This document shows, piece by piece, positions 1 to 7,955 of a DNA stretch of 64,000 nt. The first letter of the stretch is position 1. Every line of letters begins with the position of its first letter. The position numbers and the translations under genes are program-made. The notes below the pieces were generated by a model that was given only the letters and a program-made list of their open reading frames with translations, was not told the DNA's origin and did no database searches. Source of the DNA: Candidatus Hydrogenedentes bacterium UBA2224 (GTDB taxonomy: Bacteria > Hydrogenedentota > Hydrogenedentia > Hydrogenedentales > SLHB01); the NCBI GenBank assembly GCA_002348185.1, contig DDYW01000058.1:5814-69813 (forward strand), in the 5' to 3' direction.

Positions 1-461
1 CCGGTTTCGCCGGTGCGGATGGTGGCGGGTTCGGCTTCGGCTTCCGCCCGGGTATTTTTACGCGCGCTTTCGTGCATGGTGTAGGCATACTCGATGTAGC
101 CCAAGTACCCGCGATCGTCCATGGAGCCGCGCGAGACCGCGCTCGCCTCAAGCGGCATGGCGTTTTCGTAGACCTTCACGCGCTTGAAGTATTTCCCCTG
201 GAGTCCGCCCTCGTCCTGGAACTCGATGGCGCCATGGCGGCCTTCGCGGTTCATGCGCTTCATCTCCGCCTGGCCGACCGCTTTGAGGCGGCTCATGATG
301 ATCTCCGACGTGGAGACATAGCCTTCGGGCTTCTCCCCGATGCCGAAATCGTATTTCACTTTGTCGATCACGCTGCCGCCGTCGGAGGCGCAACCGGCAA
401 GAACGCACATAAGCGCAAGCGCCAGAGACTTTCTCACGCTGGAATCTCCCTGTACTGCCAT
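1..461 (-). CDS. Lipoprotein, N-terminal part only (gene continues past the window start)
   Basis: Absent from the supplied ORF track because no stop lies inside the window. Hand translation from the reverse-strand ATG at 461-459 is stop-free to the edge: MAVQGDSSVRKSLALALMCVLAGCASDGGSVIDKVKYDFGIGEKPEGYV... This is a signal peptide with an LAGC lipobox. Track ORFs 72..485(+) and 148..408(-) are out-of-frame shadows. Confidence 0.6.
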   Translation of the reverse strand, partial: MAVQGDSSVRKSLALALMCVLAGCASDGGSVIDKVKYDFGIGEKPEGYVSTSEIIMSRLKAVGQAEMKRMNREGRHGAIEFQDEGGLQGKYFKRVKVYENAMPLEASAVSRGSMDDRGYLGYIEYAYTMHESARKNTRAEAEAEPATIRTGET

Positions 462-697
462 GGGGGCAAATCCGGAGCAGATTGACTTGTAGTTTCGAGC
501 TGCATTCTATCGGGTTGCCCGAACGGGTTCAACAGAGAACTCGCCCGGCGTGGCGGGCCGCGCGGGTCGGGGTTCGCTGCCGTTTCCCCGCGGGCTCCTG
601 TGAGGCGGACGTTTCAGATACCGTCCGCCGAGGAGTACCATAGCGCCGCCGGCCAGGCGCCGAGAGGGCATTGCCGTATTGCCGGAATGGAGGAATC

Positions 698-1075
698 ATG
701 GGTTTCAAGCTACTGATCATCGGTTTTGCCGGTGCGGGCGGCGCGCTCGCCCGGTATGCCCTGGCGGGGTTGGTGCAGAATGTGTCGGGGGGCGTGTTTC
801 CGTGGGGCACGTTTGTTGTGAACATCGTGGGGTGTTTTGCGTTTGGCCTGATCTGGGCCATCACGGAGAAACGGCTCGCATTCGCGGCCGAAAGCCGGGT
901 GTACCTGCTCACGGGATTTGTGGGGGCATTTACCACGTTTTCGACCTTTGCGTTTGAGACGGGCACCATGGTGCGCGACGGAGAGTACCTTCTCGCGGCC
1001 GGGAACCTGGCCGCCCACAACGTTCTGGGGCTTGTTGCGCTCTTTATCGGACTGGCGCTGGGTGCGCTGATTTAG
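698..1075 (+). CDS. crcB: Fluoride ion channel CrcB/FluC
   Basis: Track ORF 671..1075. The likely start is ATG 698 (MGFKLLIIGF), preceded by GGAGG at 688-692. About 125 aa with four hydrophobic segments. GGALARY and GAFTTFSTF motifs are typical of CrcB. Confidence 0.85.
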   Translation: MGFKLLIIGFAGAGGALARYALAGLVQNVSGGVFPWGTFVVNIVGCFAFGLIWAITEKRLAFAAESRVYLLTGFVGAFTTFSTFAFETGTMVRDGEYLLAAGNLAAHNVLGLVALFIGLALGALI

Positions 1076-1088
1076 AGGGAGCTGCCGC

Positions 1089-1442
1089 ATGAAACTGAAA
1101 GAAGACGCCGAACTGCTTCGCATTTTCATTGGAGAAAGCGACAAATATCATGGGAAACCCCTGTACGAGGTCATCGTGAAACGCGCCCGTGAGCAGGGCC
1201 TGGCAGGCGCCACGGTCGTACGGGGCATCATGGGCTTTGGCGCGCACAGCCGCATGCACACGGCAAAGGTGCTGCGCCTCTCGGAAGATCTGCCCATTGT
1301 GGTTGAGCTTGTGGATCATCCGGAACGTATCGAGGCGTTCCTGCCCGAGCTGGACGCGATGATCCAGGAGGGCCTGGTGACGCTGGAAAAGGTGCGGGTC
1401 ATTGCGTACCGGTTCAACGCGGAGCAGACGGACGGGGCGTAA
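1089..1442 (+). CDS. DUF190 (PII-like) protein, the usual crcB partner
   Basis: 117 aa: MKLKEDAELLRIFIGESDKYHGKPLYEVIVKRAREQGLAGATVVRGIMGFG... This matches the DUF190 pattern. It starts 13 nt after crcB on the same strand. Confidence 0.7.
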   Translation: MKLKEDAELLRIFIGESDKYHGKPLYEVIVKRAREQGLAGATVVRGIMGFGAHSRMHTAKVLRLSEDLPIVVELVDHPERIEAFLPELDAMIQEGLVTLEKVRVIAYRFNAEQTDGA

Positions 1443-1445
1443 GGC

Positions 1446-2360
1446 CTAGTCTACATAATCGAGGAGGCTCGGCAGGATCGCCCGGGCCGCGGCGGAGAGG
1501 GCCGCCTGGAACGCATTGGTCTGGGCATTGAGTTGCGTGACCACTTCCGCATAGTCGGCGTCGATGGCATCGGACAACTGGGTCTGCAACTGCAGGCCGA
1601 ACTCCTCGAGCTCCTCGACGCTGCGGTCCAGCCGGTTCTGAATGCTGCCGACGCGGGCGAGCGCGGAGGTCAGCTGGCCGCGCACCGTTTCCATTTCTTC
1701 CAGGCGCACCGAGCCGAGCGCGGCCGTATCGCCCGCGCGCAGGTTGTCGCGGACATCGATGAGGGTCTGGAAAATGTCCTGGCTTTCGGAGAAGACCTCC
1801 GAGCCGGTCTCGTTGTATTGGAGGTCGAGGACCTCGGAAATGGCGACGCGTACCGGGTCGGAGTTGCCGACGAAGTTCACGGCGGTGATTTCGCCTTCGG
1901 CGTTGCGGACCGCTTCGTAGGGCGGGGTGGTCGTGCGGGTGCCGCCGAAGAGGTAGCGCCCGTTGGTCTCGTGGTTGGCGGTGCTGAAGATGCCTTCGAG
2001 GATCTGGTCGATTTCGAGGGCCAAGGCATCAAGCTGGCTTTGCGCATTGGTTCCGTTGGCGCCGCGCAGGGTCAGTTCCCAGGCCCGGTTGAACGAGCTC
2101 AGGATGGTCTCAACGGATGTGTTGGTCTCCGCCACGGGGGAATTGACCATGGAGATGTTGGCGAGGTATTGCTCGTTTTTCCCGAGCAGGGCCCGGATGC
2201 TGACAGCGCGGCGCGCGTCGATGGGGTCATCCGATGGGCGGTTGACGCGCAGCCCGGTCGCCAGTTGTTCCTGCAGCGTCAGGAGCCGGCTCGACTGGTT
2301 GTTGATGTTGCGTACCGACCGGTCGACGAGCAGTTGCGTGGTGACGCGCATGGCGGGCAT
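1446..2360 (-). CDS. flgL: Flagellar hook-filament junction protein FlgL (HAP3)
   Basis: 304 aa. Flagellin-type N terminus MRVTTQLLVDRSVRNINNQSSRLLTLQEQLATGLRVNRPSDDP and a flagellin-like C-terminal helix (QTNAFQAALSAAARILPSLLDYV). Size fits FlgL, not FlgK. The start may be the MRVTT Met at 2351. Confidence 0.8.
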   Translation of the reverse strand: MPAMRVTTQLLVDRSVRNINNQSSRLLTLQEQLATGLRVNRPSDDPIDARRAVSIRALLGKNEQYLANISMVNSPVAETNTSVETILSSFNRAWELTLRGANGTNAQSQLDALALEIDQILEGIFSTANHETNGRYLFGGTRTTTPPYEAVRNAEGEITAVNFVGNSDPVRVAISEVLDLQYNETGSEVFSESQDIFQTLIDVRDNLRAGDTAALGSVRLEEMETVRGQLTSALARVGSIQNRLDRSVEELEEFGLQLQTQLSDAIDADYAEVVTQLNAQTNAFQAALSAAARAILPSLLDYVD

Positions 2361-2366
2361 GGTCGT

Positions 2367-2876
2367 TCAACCCCTCTGATCCACCAGCGAGGAAGACCTG
2401 CCGGCCGTGGCGGGCGTGAACCCGCGCGGTCCATAGAGGCCCACCTTCTGTTCGCCCGATTCCAGCCCGAGCCGCACGCACTGGCCCCGGGTGAGGCGCA
2501 GGTAGTGACGGAGGTCCCGGGCATAGGCACGGGTGATAGATTGCGTGGCTTCGAGGGTCTTCTTCAACTGGCTCTGGAAGTGACTCAGGCGGCTTTTCCA
2601 GGGCTCGGACACGGCGTCGATGAGCTGGGACAGGGTCTGCCGTTCCTGCGGCAGCGCAAACTGCCCGAGCGCCTCGCGCAACAGGCCATGCCGTTCGGCT
2701 TCGGCCTCGAACGTCTCCCGCAGAACGGCCTCAAGGGCGGCGGTGTGCGCCTCCAGCGGCGCAACATCCAATGCGCGAATCGCATCGCGCTTCCTGCGGC
2801 AGATGGCCAGCACGGTCTCCTGGCGCAAGAGCTCGGCATCGAGGGCATCGCAGAGTCTGTCAAGCAGCGTGTTCAC
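2367..2876 (-). CDS. FlgN-like flagellar export chaperone (tentative)
   Basis: Track ORF 2367..2885 (GTG). I prefer the in-frame GTG at 2876 because GAGGTG lies about 6 nt upstream. Helical, about 170 aa, LLDRL..L..E...L......K..AI...D...L pattern. Position directly upstream of flgL fits FlgN. Confidence 0.5.
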   Translation of the reverse strand: MNTLLDRLCDALDAELLRQETVLAICRRKRDAIRALDVAPLEAHTAALEAVLRETFEAEAERHGLLREALGQFALPQERQTLSQLIDAVSEPWKSRLSHFQSQLKKTLEATQSITRAYARDLRHYLRLTRGQCVRLGLESGEQKVGLYGPRGFTPATAGRSSSLVDQRG

Positions 2877-2900
2877 GTTAACCACCTCATTATGCCCTGT

Positions 2901-2928
2901 TTATCGGCAGGAACCGGGGTTTACTTGA
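2901..2928 (-). promoter_or_regulatory. Sigma-28 (FliA)-type promoter candidate for flgN-like/flgL
   Basis: Reverse strand reads TCAAGTAA-N12-GCCGATAA. The -10 is a perfect 8/8 match to the sigma-28 consensus GCCGATAA (2908-2901). The -35 is imperfect (TCAA versus TAAA) and overlaps the flgJ-like stop codon. The -10 sits 15-24 nt upstream of the candidate GTG starts. Confidence 0.35.
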
Positions 2929-3292
2929 CCGGTAATTCGGGCTCGGCGGCGGAGCGTCCGGGACCGGAACCGGGAGGGGAGGTCCGCTGGAGCTGTTTCT
3001 GCATCTCGCCGATACGGAGCTGTTCTTCGAGCATCCGGGCAAGACCCAGTTGGCCGCTCTCCGCCATTTCGGCGCTGAGGGCGTCATCGAGCATTTCTTC
3101 AAAGTGGGTCTGCTGCGCGCTGCGGGGGAAGAGGCCTCCTTCGGGAATGGTGGCGCGCATTTCGCGCAGGATCAGCCGGGCGAAATACTGCTCCATTTCC
3201 TGAAGGGCCACGCGGCGGCGGGCGGCGTCCTGCGCGAGGGGGCCGTGCTCGAACGCGTGGGGCGCCTCCAGCGGGTTGACGTAGAGCATCAC
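2921..3292 (-). CDS. flgJ: Rod-binding protein (FlgJ N-terminal domain only, no muramidase domain)
   Basis: 123 aa. ALQEMEQYFARLILREMRATIPEG...FEEMLDDALSAEMAESGQLGLARMLEEQL matches the Rod-binding (FlgJ_N/CheL) pattern. Start overlaps the flgI stop (ATGA). Confidence 0.6.
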   Translation of the reverse strand: MMLYVNPLEAPHAFEHGPLAQDAARRRVALQEMEQYFARLILREMRATIPEGGLFPRSAQQTHFEEMLDDALSAEMAESGQLGLARMLEEQLRIGEMQKQLQRTSPPGSGPGRSAAEPELPVK

Positions 3293-4407
3293 ATGATCTC
3301 CACGTCCGCATCGAGCGCGCCGGCTTCCCGCAAGGCCTGGAAGATCGATATCATGTCGCGCGGGGTCACCTTGAGGGCATTCAGCGCCATGGCGACGTCG
3401 CTGGCTGACGTGCCCTGGACCGGCATCAGGTAGCCTTCGTCCTGGGTGACGCGCATGTCGGTCACGCCCGTGACGACCGTCTCCCCTTCGGAGAAGGGCG
3501 CGGGCTGGCTGACGACCGGGGTGGTGGCGACTTCGAGGGTCAGGTTTCCGTGAGCCACCTGGCAGGGGCGGATGACGACGTCGCCGCCAATAACCAGCGT
3601 GCCCGTCCGCTCGTTAATCACCACGCGCGCCGGGAAATCGGGCTCGACGCTGATATTCTGAACGCTTGCCATGAACGCCACCAGGTCGTGCTGGCGATCT
3701 TGCGGGATGCGCACATTGATGGTGCCCGGTCCCAGGGCCGAGGCGACCTCGTCCTTGAACTGATCGTTAATCGCCACCTGGATCGTGTTGGCGGTGATGA
3801 AATCGGGGCGCTTCAACTGGAGGGTAACGCGCTCGCCGTCGGTGATGGTGGACGGGATTTCACGCTCGATGGTGGCGCCCATGGGGATGCGCGCCACGGT
3901 AACATGGTTTTGCGTGACGCCGGCGCCGCCGCCGCGCGCGCTGAACCCGCCCACGGAAAGGGGCCCCTGGGCCACGGCATACACTTCGCCATCGATCCCG
4001 TAGAGCATGGTCTGGAGCAGGGTGCCGCCTTCCAGGCTTTCGCAATCGTAGAGGGCATTCACCCGGACATCGAGCCGTGTGCCCTGTTTCGCGAACGGGG
4101 GATACATTGCATCCACGACCACCACGGCGATGTTGTCGGAATTGAGGCCGCCGACCTGGTCCACGTCGATTTCGAGGCGTTCGAGCAGACGCTGCTGGCG
4201 GCGCAGGGCATCGTCGTTTCCGTCGCCGGTGCCCGCCAGCCCGACGACGAGGCCCACGCCGGTCAGGGCGTTTTCCTGAGCCCCCTGTACGGTGCACAGG
4301 TCTTTGATGCGGCTTGCGCCGGCCGTGGCCGGAACGAGCAGCCCGCAGCACAGGGCGCATGCACACAGCAAGCGGAACGTTCGTTGATGCATTGCCATAT
4401 CCTTCAA
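3289..4407 (-). CDS. flgI: Flagellar P-ring protein FlgI
   Basis: 372 aa. Signal peptide then SRIKDLCTVQGAQENALTGVGLVVGLAGTGD, the hallmark FlgI N terminus. C terminus ends ISIFQALREAGALDADVEIM. Confidence 0.9.
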   Translation of the reverse strand: MKDMAMHQRTFRLLCACALCCGLLVPATAGASRIKDLCTVQGAQENALTGVGLVVGLAGTGDGNDDALRRQQRLLERLEIDVDQVGGLNSDNIAVVVVDAMYPPFAKQGTRLDVRVNALYDCESLEGGTLLQTMLYGIDGEVYAVAQGPLSVGGFSARGGGAGVTQNHVTVARIPMGATIEREIPSTITDGERVTLQLKRPDFITANTIQVAINDQFKDEVASALGPGTINVRIPQDRQHDLVAFMASVQNISVEPDFPARVVINERTGTLVIGGDVVIRPCQVAHGNLTLEVATTPVVSQPAPFSEGETVVTGVTDMRVTQDEGYLMPVQGTSASDVAMALNALKVTPRDMISIFQALREAGALDADVEIM

Positions 4408-5064
4408 TCAGAATGGGGAGAACCAGTCGAGAATCTTGGTCAGGAGGCCGCGCCGCTGGTTGTTCCAGAGCGGGCCCTTCCCCTTGAGTTCCACAATGGC
4501 ATTGGCTACCCGGTCCGAGGGTATCGTGTTTTCGGGCGAGACGTCGCGGGCGCGGACGGTGCCTGTGACGAGAATCGTGGAATCTTCGCGGTTCACCGTG
4601 ACGCGTTTATTGCCCTGAATCTCGAGGTTGCCGTTATCGTAGACTTTGGTCACGATGCACGAGATGGTGGTGGTCAGTTTGTTGGTGCGGGACGTGTCGC
4701 CCTGGCCCTTGTGTTCATTTTCGACGTTGATATCCCACACGGGCAGGCGCTCGGGTTTCACGAGGCCGAGCCCGTCGGGTTTCGGGGCCACCAGGAAGGT
4801 GTTGCCGCCGATGGGGGCCTCGGCGGTGATCTCGGATTCCTTTTTGGTGTTGGTGTCGGACTGGGTGGTGGCATCGATGTTTTCGCGCACGAGCACGATG
4901 ATGATGTCGCCTTCCGCGAAGCGCGTGTGCTTGTTGGAGACGGCCGGCCCGCGTTTGGCGACTTCCTTCGAGAAGAGGGAATCGGCCCTTGCAGGGCCGA
5001 CCAGCGCCGCCGCGAGCAGCATCGCCAGCAGATACGATTTTTTCACGTTGGGCCTCCCGGGCAC
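4408..5064 (-). CDS. flgH: Flagellar L-ring protein FlgH
   Basis: 218 aa. FAEGDIIIVLVRENIDATTQSDTNTKKES and LEIQGNKRVTVNREDSTILVTGTVRARDVSPENTIPSDRVANA match FlgH. Abuts flgI. The signal peptide (LLAAALVGPARA/DS) has no lipobox cysteine. Confidence 0.85.
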   Translation of the reverse strand: MPGRPNVKKSYLLAMLLAAALVGPARADSLFSKEVAKRGPAVSNKHTRFAEGDIIIVLVRENIDATTQSDTNTKKESEITAEAPIGGNTFLVAPKPDGLGLVKPERLPVWDINVENEHKGQGDTSRTNKLTTTISCIVTKVYDNGNLEIQGNKRVTVNREDSTILVTGTVRARDVSPENTIPSDRVANAIVELKGKGPLWNNQRRGLLTKILDWFSPF

Positions 5065-6035
5065 TAGTGCACTTCGACAATGCCGTCCTCACGGACGACG
5101 CCCTGGAATTCTTCCTTGGAGTTCATGCGCCGGCACATGATGATGTCGCCGGCGGCGGCATTGCCCATGGCCAGGGCGCGGTCGCGCACCATCAGCGCGC
5201 CCGCCCGCACCTCGACCGTGACGACTTGATTGCGCTTGACAATGCGGCGGGGCATGACGTGGCGCGACGTGAGGACGGTATCCGGAAAGATGGTGCTCCG
5301 GGCCACCATGCCGACCAGTTCTTCGGGGTCCCCGTAATAGCCGTTACGCATGGTCGACAGGGGGCGTTTGGCCACGCTCAGGTCGCCGCGGGAGAGGATC
5401 GCGCCGCGGGGGATGTCGCTCGAGGCCACGACGACATCGCCGTAGGCCTGCACGTTGACCTGGCAGTACACGACCTCGCGGACCTGCCCGTCCACCACCG
5501 CTTCTCCGCGGATGGTTCCCTTGCCCAGGTACTGGTACATGGCGGCGGGCTTCCATTCGAGCGTCAGGTCGCCTTCGGGCAGGGTGAGCCCATTGAGGGG
5601 CGGGTCGATGTCGACCGTGGCGTCCGCGGCGTCCCAGGGCATCTCGTTCTCCACGAAGCGGCGCAGATCGTCGACCAGCATCTCGCGGGTGAGCTCGATG
5701 GCGAGCGTCGTGGCCGTGACGCTCTCGGCTCCGGCGATTTCGAAGTCCTCGGGGCTGAACCCGGCGCTTACGAGGCGGGAACGCACCATCGACGCGTGGA
5801 TGCGTTTGACGCTGCCCGGCGCCGCGGCGGGCAGGAGCTCGAGCCCGGCCATGGCCTCTGCTTCCGCGCCCTCAACGCCGGCCACGTCGCCGAGCGCGAC
5901 CTGTGGCCCCTTCACGAAGGCCTCTTCACGGAGCGTGACCACATTGAGCGCGGCCGCGTTGCCAGCCGCGAAAACCAGAACGGCGGCGGCGATGAATCCG
6001 TACAGCAGGCTGTGCGGTGTTCGTTCACGGTTCAT
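5064..6035 (-). CDS. flgA: Flagellar P-ring assembly chaperone FlgA
   Basis: 323 aa. Signal peptide. C-terminal SAF-like region VLTSRHVMPRRIVKRNQVVTVEVRAGALMVRDRALAMGNAAAGDIIMCRRMNSKEEFQGVV is typical of FlgA. Sits between flgG and flgH. Confidence 0.75.
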   Translation of the reverse strand: MNRERTPHSLLYGFIAAAVLVFAAGNAAALNVVTLREEAFVKGPQVALGDVAGVEGAEAEAMAGLELLPAAAPGSVKRIHASMVRSRLVSAGFSPEDFEIAGAESVTATTLAIELTREMLVDDLRRFVENEMPWDAADATVDIDPPLNGLTLPEGDLTLEWKPAAMYQYLGKGTIRGEAVVDGQVREVVYCQVNVQAYGDVVVASSDIPRGAILSRGDLSVAKRPLSTMRNGYYGDPEELVGMVARSTIFPDTVLTSRHVMPRRIVKRNQVVTVEVRAGALMVRDRALAMGNAAAGDIIMCRRMNSKEEFQGVVREDGIVEVH

Positions 6036-6054
6036 AGGACGTCACTCTCCCTGT

Positions 6055-6846
6055 TTACCGCCGGACATTGTTGGCCGTTTGCAGCATTTCGTCGGAGGTT
6101 TGGACGACTTTGGAACTGGCTTCATAGGCGCGCTGGGCGATGATGAGCTGGATGATCTCTTCCACGACCTGCACGTTGGAGTTTTCGAGGAACCCCTGTT
6201 CGAGGAATCCGATGCCTTCTTCGCCGGGCTGCCCCAGGACGGGCGCACCGGAGGCTTCGGTCTCGAGCAGGAGGTTGCGTCCCAGGCGGGCATCCAGTCC
6301 GGCGGAATTGATGAACCGGGCGAGCTGGATTTGCCCGACGTTGGTTTCGGCGGACTGCCCCGGCACCTTCACCGAGACCGTGCCGTCGGAATTGACGGTG
6401 ATCTGCTCGTGATCTTCGGGGATGGTGATGCCGGGTTCGAGCGCGAACCCATCGACAGTCTGGATGGCGCCATCGTTGTTGAGTTTGAAGTTGCCGTCGC
6501 GGGTGTAGGCGATGGTGCCGTCCGGCAGTTCGATCTGGAAGAATCCGTCGCCCTCGATGACCAGATCGAGTTCGTTGCCGGTCTGGATCATGTTGCCCTG
6601 GGTGAATAGTTTGGCGATGGAGGCGGGGCGCACGCCGTGGCCCACCTGGACACCCTCGGGGATGGTCGCGCCGGTGGTCGTCTCGGACCCGGCCGGCTGG
6701 AGGGTTTCGTAGAGCAGATCCTGAAAATTGACCCGGCTCTTTTTGAAGCCCGTGGTGTTCACGTTGGCCAGGTTGTGGGCGATGGTGTCGACGTTCAACT
6801 GCTGCGCCATCATGCCCGTCGCCGAGGTGAACATAGCGCGAATCAT
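6055..6846 (-). CDS. flgG: Flagellar distal rod protein FlgG
   Basis: 263 aa. MIRAMFTSATGMMAQQLNVDTIAHNLANVNTTGFKKSR N terminus and LENSNVQVVEEIIQLIIAQRAYEASSKVVQTSDEML C terminus. Confidence 0.9.
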   Translation of the reverse strand: MIRAMFTSATGMMAQQLNVDTIAHNLANVNTTGFKKSRVNFQDLLYETLQPAGSETTTGATIPEGVQVGHGVRPASIAKLFTQGNMIQTGNELDLVIEGDGFFQIELPDGTIAYTRDGNFKLNNDGAIQTVDGFALEPGITIPEDHEQITVNSDGTVSVKVPGQSAETNVGQIQLARFINSAGLDARLGRNLLLETEASGAPVLGQPGEEGIGFLEQGFLENSNVQVVEEIIQLIIAQRAYEASSKVVQTSDEMLQTANNVRR

Positions 6847-6863
6847 ACGGAATCCTCCTGGCC

Positions 6864-7622
6864 CTAGGCGGGCATGGCCACTTCATTAATCAGGCTGGCG
6901 ACGGATTCGTCGATGGCATTGATGACTTTCTGATTGGCGGCGTACACGCGTGCGCCGAGCATCATCTGAATCATCTCCGCCGGCACCTGAACATTGGACA
7001 GTTCGAGCGATTTGTGGAGCACGCGCGTGTCCATCGCCTGGGCGGACCGGCGCATGGCCTCATCGGAGGCCTCGTAGAGGTTGGCGCCGGTTCGCGTGAG
7101 CATGTGGGGATCTTCGAATTCAAGGAGCCGGATCTGGGACACGAAGAGGCCCTGGCTGTAGACGTTGCCGTCCTGATCGATGGTGATGTTGCCGCCGCTG
7201 ACGTCAATGCCGCCGCCATTCACGCCCTGGACCTGGAATCCGTCGGCGGTGCTGAGGAGGCCATTGGCGTCCACGGCAAGCTTGCCGTTGCGCGTGAAGC
7301 GTTCGCCGTTTGGCGTATCGACCACGATGAATCCGGGACCCTGCAGGGCGAGGTTGAGGGGATCTTCGGTAACGACGACATTGCCCGATTGTACGTCCGT
7401 GAACGTCTCGACCAGTTTCTGGCCGCCGCCGGGGGCGCGCTCCGCATCGAGGCGGAACGGATGGCGCATGCTGCGGAGCAGGATCTCGTTGAATCCCTCG
7501 TTCACGGCCACCTGGCGGCGGAATCCCGGAGTTGCGGCATTCGCGATGTTGTTGGCGACCACATCCTGACGGCGCTCCATGCCGAGCATGCCCGATGCGG
7601 CCGCATACAGACCCTGAATCAT
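6864..7622 (-). CDS. flgF: Flagellar proximal rod protein FlgF
   Basis: 252 aa. MIQGLYAAASGMLGMERRQDVVANNIANAATPGFRR and LELSNVQVPAEMIQMMLGARVYAANQKVI. First gene of the operon, RBS GGGGGAGA. Confidence 0.85.
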   Translation of the reverse strand: MIQGLYAAASGMLGMERRQDVVANNIANAATPGFRRQVAVNEGFNEILLRSMRHPFRLDAERAPGGGQKLVETFTDVQSGNVVVTEDPLNLALQGPGFIVVDTPNGERFTRNGKLAVDANGLLSTADGFQVQGVNGGGIDVSGGNITIDQDGNVYSQGLFVSQIRLLEFEDPHMLTRTGANLYEASDEAMRRSAQAMDTRVLHKSLELSNVQVPAEMIQMMLGARVYAANQKVINAIDESVASLINEVAMPA

Positions 7623-7808
7623 CGTGCGTCTCCCCCACGCTTTCGTGGGCTCCCCATTCGTCCAGATCGTGTGTACCGCCGGGATGGCCTGGCGCCGGCG
7701 TTTGGCAACAACTGGGTATCAGGAACGTTCTTGGGCACCGCTCCCAACTGCCAGGCCACCCGCGATACGGGGCACACGGCGGCATCGCTTGCCGCTGATT
7801 GGGGGGAC

Positions 7809-7823
7809 GCAAGGCCTGTGCCA
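7809..7823 (-). promoter_or_regulatory. Sigma-54 (RpoN) promoter upstream of flgF
   Basis: Reverse strand reads TGGCAC-AGGCC-TTGC, an exact match to the -24/-12 consensus TGGCAC-N5-TTGC. It lies about 187 nt upstream of the flgF ATG and faces the operon. Confidence 0.5.
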
Positions 7824-7852
7824 AGAACCAGGTGAGGCGCCGAGGCTCTTAA

Positions 7853-7871
7853 GCAATTTACAGTAAATGGC
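7853..7871. promoter_or_regulatory. AT-rich 19-bp near-palindrome upstream of the sigma-54 promoter (possible activator/IHF site)
   Basis: GCAATTTAC-A-GTAAATGGC, with 8 of 9 arm positions complementary. It is the most AT-rich spot of the region, centred about 40 bp upstream of the -24 element. Confidence 0.3.
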
Positions 7872-7955
7872 TTACAAGAAACCCGCCGGACCGTGTTTCG
7901 AGCTCATGGTCAGTAAAACTTGCCGGGGGGAGGAACATTCTGCAGTGGAAACCGG

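Noticed and set aside
462-697. Fluoride riboswitch upstream of crcB.
   Set aside because: I could not locate the conserved crcB-motif sequence blocks by eye. cmsearch is needed to be sure.
1533-3203. Very long ORFs antisense to annotated genes. Examples: 1533..3203(+), 3550..5067(+), 7920..9539(+), 13371..14789(+), 15511..16764(-), 16713..17882(-), 24425..26827(-), 31297..32604(-), 33314..34657(-), 43784..44860(-), 49333..50955(+), 61530..63461(-).
   Set aside because: Their translations are Arg/Gly/Ala/Pro/His-rich and motif-free, and they lack RBSs. Each lies opposite a gene with clear family motifs. Stop codons are rare on the antisense strand of GC-rich genes, so these are compositional shadows.
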